Shown here: one piece after another, positions 11,229 through 20,792 of the stretch
Layout: the number at the start of each line of letters is the position of its first letter
How positions within the stretch are numbered: the stretch's first letter is position 1
From: an uncultured delta proteobacterium
GTDB lineage: Bacteria; Myxococcota_A; Polyangia; Polyangiales; Polyangiaceae
NCBI GenBank assembly: GCA_963696385.1
Contig: CAVOKF010000004.1
Span: 800,001 to 864,000 of the forward strand
Direction of reading: 5' to 3'
Length of the DNA stretch: 64,000 bases
The notes under the pieces: model-generated
Told to the model about the DNA's origin: nothing
Database searches by the model: none
What the model saw: only the letters and a program-made list of their open reading frames with translations
Program-made: the position numbers and the translations under genes

Positions 11229-11728
11229 AGTCCATGGCGTACTCCCTCTCGGTCGCCGGCTCGATGATGAGCGGCGGGTCGCCCCAGCGAACCCTGTACT
11301 CAGCCGCCGCCCTTCGCGCCGCGGACGCCGAGGAGCTACCGCGGGTCCTTCGAGGATCTCGGAGCGATCATGTCGAAACGCCAATTCGACCTTGGTCTTG
11401 AAGACGACCGCGTCGGGAATGCGCACGACGACCTAAACCCCAGGCGAACTTGGCACTTTCCGCTCGAGGGTGGCTCCCCGGCCCGGCGGCCTCCGGAAGG
11501 CCGGCGCGCTGACGGCGCGTGTAGGCCCGAGCCGACACGTCCAGACCGATAGCCGTTTCTCGCCGACGGTCACCGGGCGCCGCTGCTGCCGCTCGTCCTC
11601 AATGACGCCGCGTGACCGCAACGTCCTGTAGCGCAACGGTTCGACGATGCCCATGTTTGCCCGGCGAGAGTCGCCGGCGCCGGCAATTGGGCGAGGTGGC
11701 CCGCATCGTGCCTGAGAGGGGGCGTGAG

Positions 11729-13521
11729 ATGACGTCTGTTGCGGAATCCGAGACACCAGCGATCGAGATTGGCAAGTACCGTGTCGTCGCCGAGCTCGCG
11801 AAGGGGGGTATGGGCAATGTGTATCTCGCGATCGCTCAGGGGCCCGGCCGGTTCAACAAGCTTTTGGCGGTCAAAGAGCTGAAGCCTTCATTTTGCGAGG
11901 ACGAGACGTACGTCGCCATGTTCCTCGAGGAGGCGCGCCTCGCCGCACGACTGACCCACCCGAACATCGTGCAGACCAACGAGGTCGGTTCCGACGGCAA
12001 TCGCCACTTCATGATCATGGAATTTCTGGATGGCCGCACCCTGCAGCGGATCGGCCGGCACCTCGCGCGCCATGACGGGCTGTCGGTCGGTGGGCACCTG
12101 CGGGTGATCACGGAGGCGCTTCGCGGACTGCACTACGCGCACGAGCTGCGAGGTTTCGACGGCGAGTCGCTCGACATCGTGCATCGCGACGTGAGCCCGC
12201 TCAACGTCATCGTGACGTTTGACGGTCAGGCCAAAGTGCTCGACTTCGGAATCGCCAAGTCGGTGGATTCCGCACTCGTGACGCGCACGGGCATTCTCAA
12301 AGGCCGCATCGCCTACATGTCGCCCGAGCAAGCCAGCGGCGGCAAGGTGGATCGTCGCGCGGACATCTACTCGGCCGGTGTCATGGTCTGGGAAGCCGCC
12401 GCCGGGCGAAGGCTCTGGCCGCAAATGACCGATGTCGAAATTCTATCGCGCGTGGTCCGCGAAGGACCTCCTTCGCTGCGAGCGGTGTGCCCCCACGCGT
12501 CGCCGGAACTCGATGCGATTTGCACTCGGGCAACGGCACGGCATCCGCACGATCGGTACCCCACCGCGGCCGAGTTCGTCGATGCCCTCGAGTCCTATCT
12601 CACCCGGCGCGACGACGCGATGTCGATGCGCGAAATCGGGGTTGTCGTGGGTCGAGCGTTCCAGGCCGAGCGCGACAAGATGAGCCTCATCATCGAGGAA
12701 GTCGTTTCGCGTTTTCCGACCAGCCCGCGCTCGGGCCACATGCCTCGTCTGCCGTCGCCCGTTTCAGGCACCCAGGCCGTCAGTCCTGCGACTCCGGTCG
12801 TCGACGGACCTGTCGCCGGAAGTCCGAGCGAGCCGTCCTTGTGGATCGAGGGATCGATCATGGCCCCGCCGCCGGGCGACGTGAAGGGCGACGGCGCCAT
12901 CGAAGCTCGCGCGGCCCGGTCGCTCGTGTCTTGGTTCGCGGGCGCCGTTGCAGCCCGCGGCGTTGCCGTTGTGCTCGCCGTGGCCCTCGCCGTTGCGGTG
13001 GCCTATCGCGTTCGAAATCGCCCCCCGCACCGACCCAGGGCGCCGCCCCGACGGTGGCGGCTGCCGCCGTGGTTGCGCCGGCTGCGGAGCCCCGGTTCAT
13101 CCATCTCGCCGTGCAGGCTTCGCCGACCACCGCGCAGATCACGCTCGACGGAGAGCGGGTGTCGACCAATCCCTACCGCGCAGAGCGGGCGAAAGACGGT
13201 CAGCTGCACACCATCGCGGTCTCGGCCGAGGATTACGAAACCCAGACCGAGCAGGTGTCGTTTTCGGGCGACGTCGAGATCGACATCCGTCTGGATCGCC
13301 TTGCGATCGCGACGCTCCCGGCCGTCGTGACGCACCGGTCCCCACAGCGTGCGGCGCCCCCTCCGGCCAGGGCTCATCTCGCACCGGATCCGCCATCGCC
13401 GCCGCCGCCGCCGCGATCTCGGCCGCAACCGACCCTCGCTGCGCAAACCGGCGTGGGTCCGGCCGGCGGGCGTCCGCCGCTTCGTCCTATCGAAGCCAAC
13501 AATCCCTACGACTCCCGATGA
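11729..13521 (+). CDS. Hanks-type Ser/Thr protein kinase with TM segment and PEGA domain, frameshift near 13010-13026
   Basis: GGMGNVY, AVK, HRDVSPLN, DFG, YMSPEQ; after the TM the PEGA-like domain (ASPTTAQITLDG...SAEDYE) continues in ORF 12487..13521. Confidence 0.9.
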
Positions 13522-13612
13522 CCCTGGGGGGTACGGAGCGGGGCACCTGATCTTCATGACCCGGAACATGCGTACCGCCGAAAACATTGCGCGCGGAAGA
13601 GACGCACCCGGA

Positions 13613-13628
13613 TGGCAATACGCTCGCA
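13613..13628 (+). promoter_or_regulatory. Possible sigma54 promoter for the diguanylate cyclase
   Basis: TGGCAATACGCTCGCA has GG-N10-GC spacing, upstream of candidate starts at 13682 and 13727. Confidence 0.35.
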
Positions 13629-13726
13629 GAGCGCCCAGACCGCGGGCACGCCGCCTGCATGGTGGTGCGGGACTCATCGTGATGATTCAATCTGCTGAAG
13701 AGAGCGGTCAACCCGCGCCGAAGAGC

Positions 13727-14695
13727 ATGGCGTCGCCGTCGCCTCTGCGACCGCTTCGGGTCCTTGTCGTCGACGACGACGACGACGCACGGGCAGCGCT
13801 GTGTGCCGCCGTGGCCGCACTCGGCCACCGTTGCCGAGGTGCGGCCAGCGGATCCGAGGCGTTGCGCTGGCACCGCGCGCAGCGGGCCGATGTCGTCATC
13901 AGCGATTGGGCGATGCCCGGCATCGATGGCATGGAGCTTTGTCGGCGCATTCGCGATCTCGACCGCGGGACCTATACGTATCTCCTGTTCGCCAGCGGTC
14001 ATGCGAAAAAGCGCGACTTCGTGGAGGCCGTACGGGCGGGCGCGGACGACTACCTGCCCAAGCCCATCGACGTGGATGACCTCGAGGCGAGGCTCATCGC
14101 GGCCGATCGCGTGGTCCGGGCCTACCGCGAGCTCGCCGATCGGAACGTAGGCCTGCGTCGTGACAGCGAGGCCTCGTTTCGCGACGCAAGGGTGGATGCT
14201 CTCACGGGCGTCGGCAATCGGTTGCGACTCGACGAGGATCTCGCAAAGCTTCAGGTCCACGCGACGCGCTACGAGCGGAGTGTCTCGATTGCCATGTGCG
14301 ATCTCGACGAGTTCAAGCGCTATAACGATCATTACGGCCATCTTGCCGGCGACGCCGTTCTGCGCCAGATCGCTCGCGCGATCAGCGCGAGCGTGCGCCG
14401 CGCCGACCAGGTCTATCGCTACGGTGGCGAGGAATTTCTGATCGTGCTGCCGGAGCAGTCGCTCGAGGGGGCGGCCGCAGCCGTGGAACGAGTGCGCTCG
14501 ACGGTCGAACACCTCGGGATCGCGCACGCGCCCGGCGCAAGGAAGGCCGTGGTCACCGTCAGCATCGGTCTCGCGTCGGTCGTGCGGAGTGGAGATCACG
14601 CCGTCGACCGCACCATCGAGCGCGCCGACCGTGCCATGTACCGCGCCAAGGCGGAAGGTGGCAACACGGTGTCGATAGAGCGAGACGCGAGTTAA
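13727..14695 (+). CDS. Response-regulator diguanylate cyclase (REC-GGDEF)
   Basis: VLVVDDD, SDWAMPGIDG, DALTG, RRAD I-site, RYGGEEF; alternative start 13682. Confidence 0.92.
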   Translation: MASPSPLRPLRVLVVDDDDDARAALCAAVAALGHRCRGAASGSEALRWHRAQRADVVISDWAMPGIDGMELCRRIRDLDRGTYTYLLFASGHAKKRDFVEAVRAGADDYLPKPIDVDDLEARLIAADRVVRAYRELADRNVGLRRDSEASFRDARVDALTGVGNRLRLDEDLAKLQVHATRYERSVSIAMCDLDEFKRYNDHYGHLAGDAVLRQIARAISASVRRADQVYRYGGEEFLIVLPEQSLEGAAAAVERVRSTVEHLGIAHAPGARKAVVTVSIGLASVVRSGDHAVDRTIERADRAMYRAKAEGGNTVSIERDAS

Positions 14696-14808
14696 AGTGC
14701 CCCCAGAACAACGGGATCAGCCGAGCGGTGTACTCCATCGCCGGGAAGTGATTGGGGTTTGGGGCGAAGCGCCAAAGAAATCGTACACCGCCCACCGTCG
14801 TACTCGCT

Positions 14809-14850
14809 GACGTCGCAGGGCGGACGTCGCAGGGCGGACGTCGCACGGCG
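14809..14850. repeat. 14-bp tandem repeat x3
   Basis: GACGTCGCAGGGCG x2 followed by GACGTCGCACGGCG; intergenic. Confidence 0.85.
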
Positions 14851-15158
14851 GGGCCGTAGGCGAGGGACGCGAAGCGCTGCCGATTGCAGTGTCAGCAGAA
14901 GGTGCACGTCCATATCCCGTATTGAACAGTCGAATCTTTGGATATTTGCGCGCTCGACGGATCGACCCCGTTCGTAGGCACGGCCGGCCTCTTTTTTGAG
15001 CCGTTTCTCGACGCAGGCGCCTCTGCACATCGAAGGGGTACGGCGTTGCCGGCGAAGGGCCCGTCCTCTGGGCAGCGCGCTGTAAAACGGTTGTCACACT
15101 GCAATCCATGCTTTGGCGCGTCCAAGGCAGTGCCACATTGATGGAGAATGGAGCCCAC

Positions 15159-16994
15159 ATGCTTCAACGAAATGTCTGGCGATCTCGGTTCGGGCAGGTG
15201 GGCTGGCCGGCGCTCGCGCTGGCGGTGGCGGCGTGTACGGGCGTCATCGGCACGGCCCCTGGGGATCCGGGAACGGGTCCTGGCCAGGCGGGGGGCCAGA
15301 GTCCGGGCTCAGCGGCGGCCGGGCCGACGGGTGCTGCGGTGGGTGCTGCAGGAGGCGGAGGCGGTGTGACGACAGCGGAGCCGCGCGATCCGGGGCGCGT
15401 GACCATTCGGCGATTGAACCGAGCGGAGTACGACAACACGGTTCACGACTTGCTCGGGACATCGCAGACGCCCGGCGCATCGACGTTTCCCGACGATGCT
15501 CCGGCCCTCGGGTTCGACAACAACGGCGACCTGCAAACGCTGTCGCCGGTTCAGTTCACGCTTTACCAGCAAGCGGCTGAATCGCTGGCGGCCGAGGCGA
15601 TGACGCCGGGCACGGCGGAGTACACGAACCTGGTGACCTGCGACCTGACCACCGGGACGTCTTGCGCTCAGACTCTCATCACCAACTTCGGTCTGCGGGC
15701 GTTCCGGCGCCCGTTGACGTCGACCGAAGTCGCGACCTTCGTGGCTCTGATGGCGACGGCCGCACAAGAGGGAGCCACCGTCGACGTGCAGTTTCGTACG
15801 GTTCTCGAAGCGATGTTGCAGTCGCCGAACTTCCTGTTCCGTCCCGAATTCGATTCGGACCCGACGTCTCTGACGCCGCACTTGCTCAGTCCGTACGAGA
15901 CGGCGTCGCGCCTGTCCTACATGATGTACCGCAGCATGCCGGACCAGGCGCTGTTCGACGCGGCGGCTGCGGCCACGACGAACCCGGCGGCGGGCTCGCT
16001 TGCCACGGTGGCCGGCGTGCAGGCGCAGCTGCAGCGCATGCTCGCGGATCCGAAGGGGGTCTTCGCGCCGGTGTTCGCGTCCATGTGGCTGGGCACGAGC
16101 GTCGTGAGCACGCAGATGTTCGATGCGACGATGTTTCCGGAATTCAATACGAGCCTGGCGACTTCGATGTTGGGCGAGGTCAACGATTTCTTTGGCGAGT
16201 TCGTGACGGAGAACGAGCCGGTCTTGCAACTGCTGACCGCGAAGTTTTCCTACATCGACAGCAATCTGGCATCGCTCTACGGAATTGCGGCACCGAGCGG
16301 AACGGGGCTGACGCGCATGACGTTGACGACGCCGGAGCGCGGCGGCGGGTTGCTCACGATGGCGGGCGTCCTGTCGGTCACGTCGTACCCGACCCGAACG
16401 TCGATCGTGAAGCGGGGGGCCTGGGTGCTCAGCCAGTTGATGTGTTCTGCGCCTCCGCCCCCTCCGCCCAACGTGCCTCCCTTCCCGACCATTGCGGTGG
16501 ACGGGGGTACGCAAGAGCAGATCCTGGCGCTGCACAGCGCGAACCCGGCATGCGCCGTGTGCCACGAGAGCATGGACAACATTGGAAGCGCACTTGAAAA
16601 TTACGATGCGGTCGGGGCCTGGCGAACGGAAGACAATGGGGAACCGGTCGACGCCGACGGCATGTTTGCCGGAGCGATCGCCGACCCCGACGGCGGCGTG
16701 GGTGCGAAGTTCACCGGCGGGATCCAGCTCGCGGCCGCGGTGGCGGCGGACCCCCGGTTCGTGCCGTGCGTCGCCCAGAACGTGTTGACCTACTCGCTCG
16801 GTCGCGCGCTTGTGGCGACCGACACGCCGTACTTGGCCCAGATCACGACGCCTGCGCAGGGCGGCGGGGCCCTTGGAGTGGGTGACGTGCTGACCAACGT
16901 GGTGTCCAACGACACGTTCCGCATGCGTCGCGGAGATGCCACCCCTCTCCCGGACGGGGGAGACACGACCAACCTGGACGGAGGAACGCAATGA
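15159..16994 (+). CDS. DUF1592/DUF1588/DUF1595/DUF1587/DUF1585 domain lipoprotein with c-type heme motif
   Basis: Lipobox VAAC; IRRLNRAEYDNTVHDL, RAFRRP, LQSPNFLFR, ASRLSY, RTSIVKRG, CAVCH; start could be 15141. Confidence 0.88.
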   Translation: MLQRNVWRSRFGQVGWPALALAVAACTGVIGTAPGDPGTGPGQAGGQSPGSAAAGPTGAAVGAAGGGGGVTTAEPRDPGRVTIRRLNRAEYDNTVHDLLGTSQTPGASTFPDDAPALGFDNNGDLQTLSPVQFTLYQQAAESLAAEAMTPGTAEYTNLVTCDLTTGTSCAQTLITNFGLRAFRRPLTSTEVATFVALMATAAQEGATVDVQFRTVLEAMLQSPNFLFRPEFDSDPTSLTPHLLSPYETASRLSYMMYRSMPDQALFDAAAAATTNPAAGSLATVAGVQAQLQRMLADPKGVFAPVFASMWLGTSVVSTQMFDATMFPEFNTSLATSMLGEVNDFFGEFVTENEPVLQLLTAKFSYIDSNLASLYGIAAPSGTGLTRMTLTTPERGGGLLTMAGVLSVTSYPTRTSIVKRGAWVLSQLMCSAPPPPPPNVPPFPTIAVDGGTQEQILALHSANPACAVCHESMDNIGSALENYDAVGAWRTEDNGEPVDADGMFAGAIADPDGGVGAKFTGGIQLAAAVAADPRFVPCVAQNVLTYSLGRALVATDTPYLAQITTPAQGGGALGVGDVLTNVVSNDTFRMRRGDATPLPDGGDTTNLDGGTQ

Positions 16995-18499
16995 GCATCA
17001 CCCGCATTCGCGATAAGAACGTGACCTTCGACGCGAAGGCGCTGGCCGCCGAACGGCGCAACCCCCGCCGGCCGTTGGTGACTCGACGAGCGATCTTACG
17101 GGCGGCGGCGGCGTCGATCACGCTGCCGGTGCTCGAGTCGCTTCTCACGCGCTCGGAAGCGCGGGCGCAAGCCGCCTCGCCGCCCATCCGGTTTCTGAGC
17201 TGGTACCTGCCTTGCGGCGTCTGGGGTCCGAGCTGGTTCCCGGCCGATACGGGCGTCAACTACACGCTGAGCTCGACGCTCGCGTCGCTCGCTCCGGTCA
17301 AGAGCAAACTGCTGGTGTTTTCGGGCATCCAAAACACACCGGCGGTCAACCCGCAGGGATCGCACGGCTGCGGGGCCCCGGGCATGACCACCTGCATGCA
17401 GGGCCAGAAGCCGCAGATCCAGGTGGGCATTTCCGTCGATCAGGTCTACGCGCAGTCGCTGGGCACGGCCACGGTCATCCCGTCGATGCAGATTAGCGGC
17501 ACGACGTCGACCTTCTCGGACACGTCGTACCCGTCGGTGTACAACGGCACGACGTCCTGGGCGAGCGCGACCCAGCCGCTTCCGCCGGTGTCCAATCCGG
17601 CGACCATTTTCAACCAGATCTTTGCCAACACCTCGCCCTCGGGCGACGCCGGCTCGGCCGATGCATCGGCCGCACTCGCGATGCGCAAGGCGCTGCGCAA
17701 GAGCGTTCTCGACGAAGTGACGGGCGAAGCCAATTCACTGGTCGCTCGGCTGGGGACGACCGACCGCCTCAAGGTCGACGAGTACTTGACGAGCGTCCGG
17801 GCCGCGGAATTGGCGGTCGAAGCGTCGATGTCGAACACGGTCTCGACCTGCGCCCCGGTCAACGCGGATGGCGGAGTGATGACCTCGCCGTCGTTGCCGA
17901 CGGGCCCTCTGACCAACGGCAACGGGTATCCCATTGCCGACCCGCCGACGCTCACGGCGACGATGATTCAGCTCATGGCGCTGGCGTTTCAGTGCGACGC
18001 CACACGGGTCATCAACTACCAGCAGATGAACGGCGGGCACTCCTCGTATTCGAGTTTGCCCTGGCTCAACATCGACCAAGATCACCACGGCCTTTCGCAC
18101 CACAACGGCAATGTCGCGACCGGCGCGCTGCTGGCTCAGATCGAGGCGTGGGAGATCTCGATGTTCTCGTCGTTCCTGCAGAAATTGAACGCGATGCCGG
18201 AAGGCAGCGGGACGGTACTCGACAACAGCATCATCTTCCTGTCCAACGAAATCTCCGACGGCAACGCGCACAATCAAGGCACGACCACCTACAGCACGGT
18301 GCCCACGTTCACCGCGGCGACCGGCAAGCCCATCCTGATCGCGGGGACTGCCGGCGGAAAACTCATCACCGGGCAACAGATCTCGTACAACGCCGAGCCT
18401 CAGGCCAACCTGTTCATCACCCTGCTCAATACGCTCGGCGTGCCGACCACGACCTTCGGCGCCGCCGGCACTGCCCCGCTCACAGGCCTGACGGCCTAG
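16991..18499 (+). CDS. DUF1552 (HXXSHH) protein with Tat signal
   Basis: TRRAILR Tat motif, LPVLES, ISVDQ, LAFQCDATRV, HHGLSHH; ATGA overlap with the upstream gene. Confidence 0.9.
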   Translation: MSITRIRDKNVTFDAKALAAERRNPRRPLVTRRAILRAAAASITLPVLESLLTRSEARAQAASPPIRFLSWYLPCGVWGPSWFPADTGVNYTLSSTLASLAPVKSKLLVFSGIQNTPAVNPQGSHGCGAPGMTTCMQGQKPQIQVGISVDQVYAQSLGTATVIPSMQISGTTSTFSDTSYPSVYNGTTSWASATQPLPPVSNPATIFNQIFANTSPSGDAGSADASAALAMRKALRKSVLDEVTGEANSLVARLGTTDRLKVDEYLTSVRAAELAVEASMSNTVSTCAPVNADGGVMTSPSLPTGPLTNGNGYPIADPPTLTATMIQLMALAFQCDATRVINYQQMNGGHSSYSSLPWLNIDQDHHGLSHHNGNVATGALLAQIEAWEISMFSSFLQKLNAMPEGSGTVLDNSIIFLSNEISDGNAHNQGTTTYSTVPTFTAATGKPILIAGTAGGKLITGQQISYNAEPQANLFITLLNTLGVPTTTFGAAGTAPLTGLTA

Positions 18500-18565
18500 G
18501 ACCGAAAGGCCTTAGCCATAGCCGATTCGCCTCGCGAAGGAGGGTCGTCGCAGGTGTCGGGAGAG

Positions 18566-18605
18566 CGCGGCGGGGTCCACCGTAACGGGGGGCCCGCCGC
18601 GTTTT
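18566..18605 (+). terminator. Rho-independent terminator after the DUF1592/DUF1552 operon
   Basis: GC-rich stem CGCGGCGGG...CCCGCCGCG followed by TTTT. Confidence 0.65.
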
Positions 18606-18752
18606 CCGTTGGGGTCCCCTTCGCGCATGCATATCCTCCGGCGCGGACGACACCCATCCGGGTGAATGCCCACCCGCCGGCAGCCCTCCCTTTCGCTGCC
18701 CGTTCGCGCTACAGGCCCAACCCCTGTGACTCCCGCCCCCGGTAGCGGGGGG

Positions 18753-18852
18753 CTAGTACCTCGATTCCGCGGAATGGAAGGGTCGTTTTCCGCGATATTC
18801 CCGACGGGATCGGGTGGTCTCACCCCTCCGTTTCATGGAATCGGGGTACTAG
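18753..18852. mobile_element. MITE-like element with CTAG flanks and terminal inverted repeats
   Basis: CTAG at 18753-56 and 18849-52; TACCTCGATTCC versus GGAATCGGGGTA (11/12), extending to 21/27; no ORF inside. Confidence 0.55.
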
Positions 18853-18882
18853 GCTCCCGCGCAACCCTTTGCGTGAGCCGTT

Positions 18883-19914
18883 CTACATGCAGCCGAGACG
18901 CGCAGTTCCGATCGCGTAGTCATCGATCCAGATGTTGCCGGCGGTGCCTGCCCCATACCGCTCGTAGCCGACGCGCTGCTCGGTCAGCGCCGGGATCGTT
19001 TGCGATTTAACGGTGGCTGAGGCGGTCGCGGAGCCGCCCACGTAGAGGACCACGTTGCCGGTGCCCCCCGTCGCGGAAATTTGCCACTCAAAGCACGTCC
19101 AGGCCCCCCGAGCGAGTGGCATGCCGGTACTCGCGCTCGCTTCGCCGCCGCCGGTCGCGGGGTCGATGTTGATCGACATATCCCCCGACTGCGTATTCAG
19201 TGGCCGAACGCCGTTATTTCCCAGAGTCGTTACGACGCCGGTGGAGCCTTCGATGTACACGTCGTGGCCCTGGTCCATGGGGGTCTCCACGTAAAGCCAA
19301 ACCCGGCCCCAGTACCCTGCGGTCGCGGGAAAGCCCATCTTCTCGACGATCATGCCGTATCCGCTTCCCGTGGTGAAGCTGATCTGCACGGAGTTCGAGC
19401 CTGAGTGCGCCATGGTGGGCCCGGGCATCGTCGTGTAGGTATCCACGACTTTGATGGTGGCGCCGAGCGTATTGTCCATCGTCCAAGCGGCGCCCAGCGT
19501 GGTGCTGGCCTCGAAACCATCGCAGAATACGGCCCCCGCGGGGCAACCCGCCGCGCCACCTTCGCCGCCGCCACCCCCCGAAGCGTCGCCCGAGCCGTTG
19601 CCGGCTGTTGCGTCCTCGGTCCCCCCCGTCGCTGCGTCGTCCTCCCCAGCGCTCCCGCTGCTCGAACTCGAACTCGCCCCAGTCCCGGTGCCAGTCCCAG
19701 TCCCAGTACTGGCGGCGAGGGCGCTGCTCGCCGAGGCGCCGGTGCCGGTGCCTGTTCCCGTGCCCGTGGCGGCGACTGTACTGCTGCTGCTCGAGCTCCC
19801 GTTGGCGTTCGCACCCGCATAAATGTTGGTGTTGCCGTTGCCTCCGCATGCGATGAAGCCGCAGCCTACGAGACTGAGTGTGGCTTGGCGGGCGAGTGAC
19901 GCGGCGTTTCGCAT
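18883..19914 (-). CDS. Lipoprotein with Ser/Gly/Thr linker and beta-sandwich (Cip1/polysaccharide-lyase-like) domain
   Basis: Lipobox FIAC; CPAGAVFCDGFE, WTCFEW, WIDDYAIGTARLGC. Confidence 0.65.
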   Translation of the reverse strand: MRNAASLARQATLSLVGCGFIACGGNGNTNIYAGANANGSSSSSSTVAATGTGTGTGTGASASSALAASTGTGTGTGTGASSSSSSGSAGEDDAATGGTEDATAGNGSGDASGGGGGEGGAAGCPAGAVFCDGFEASTTLGAAWTMDNTLGATIKVVDTYTTMPGPTMAHSGSNSVQISFTTGSGYGMIVEKMGFPATAGYWGRVWLYVETPMDQGHDVYIEGSTGVVTTLGNNGVRPLNTQSGDMSINIDPATGGGEASASTGMPLARGAWTCFEWQISATGGTGNVVLYVGGSATASATVKSQTIPALTEQRVGYERYGAGTAGNIWIDDYAIGTARLGCM

Positions 19915-20210
19915 GGCGGTCGGTGCTCCTCAAGGAGGATGAGATGGACGATGGAATCGGATGGTGCCATGCCGAGCGGACGCGTGCACGTTACACGGCC
20001 CGCCTGGGCACTTCCGAGCGTGACACCCTTCGGGGCGCTCGGTTGACTACCGGAACCTGGGTGACCTCGTTCGAGCGTTCAGCGCGGTGAGATTCCACCG
20101 CACCAGGCAGAGGCATTTGCAATCGAAAGTGGCTCACAATAGTGCCCTTGGGAGTGCCGTTGGGCACCGCTACTGCAAATTGGTGGTGCTGACGAGCGCA
20201 ACCTGCGCCG

Positions 20211-20777
20211 TTAGGGGGCCGGCGTCGGGGTGGGTAAAGCGGGCAGGGGGTCGAGGACGGGTACCGCCTTGCCGGGATCGGACGGCACCTGGATGAAGCC
20301 CTTGGCTGCGGCTTGATGGCATGCGTTGCACACCAAGGCCGCATGCGCAAAGGCGGCGGCGAAGGCCACGCGGTCCTTCGCGGCGGCGGCGTGTTTCAGC
20401 TCCACCGCGTTGGAGGCGAGGAAAGCCTTGGCCATGGCCGGGATGTGCGCCGTCGGCCCCTCCTTGGGCAGCTCCGCATTCGGGACGTCGCTCTCGAACA
20501 GTTCCCCGATCTCACCCGCCTCGAACTCCGCCAGCTCGAAGCGGTTGGCGTTCGCGGCGCGTCCCGCAATCTCGAACCGACGGGCAACCTGGACCATGAC
20601 GTTGCCGAGACTCTCCTTGGGGCCGCTCGCACTCGGGGCGCTCCTTTCCGTGCAGCTCGGGATCGCGGCGACCAGCACCGCCAGAAACGCCGCGCGGCCC
20701 GTCGCTCGCGTTCCGATCGCGATCCACGATCGCTCCGAACCGCCCGTGCACCGTGTCTTCCGCCATTTCAAAAGCAT
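20211..20777 (-). CDS. Cytochrome c'-like monoheme lipoprotein
   Basis: Hydrophobic segment ending IPSC; helical body; C-terminal CNACH. Confidence 0.6.
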   Translation of the reverse strand: MLLKWRKTRCTGGSERSWIAIGTRATGRAAFLAVLVAAIPSCTERSAPSASGPKESLGNVMVQVARRFEIAGRAANANRFELAEFEAGEIGELFESDVPNAELPKEGPTAHIPAMAKAFLASNAVELKHAAAAKDRVAFAAAFAHAALVCNACHQAAAKGFIQVPSDPGKAVPVLDPLPALPTPTPAP

Positions 20778-20792
20778 TTCCTGAGCATCCCT

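Noticed and set aside
11229..11728. Possible small gene in the 500-bp gap
   Set aside because: Only a short protein-like stretch without a start codon; unsupported.
20162..20177. Sigma54-like GG-N10-GC motif on the + strand
   Set aside because: No plus-strand gene downstream; likely chance.
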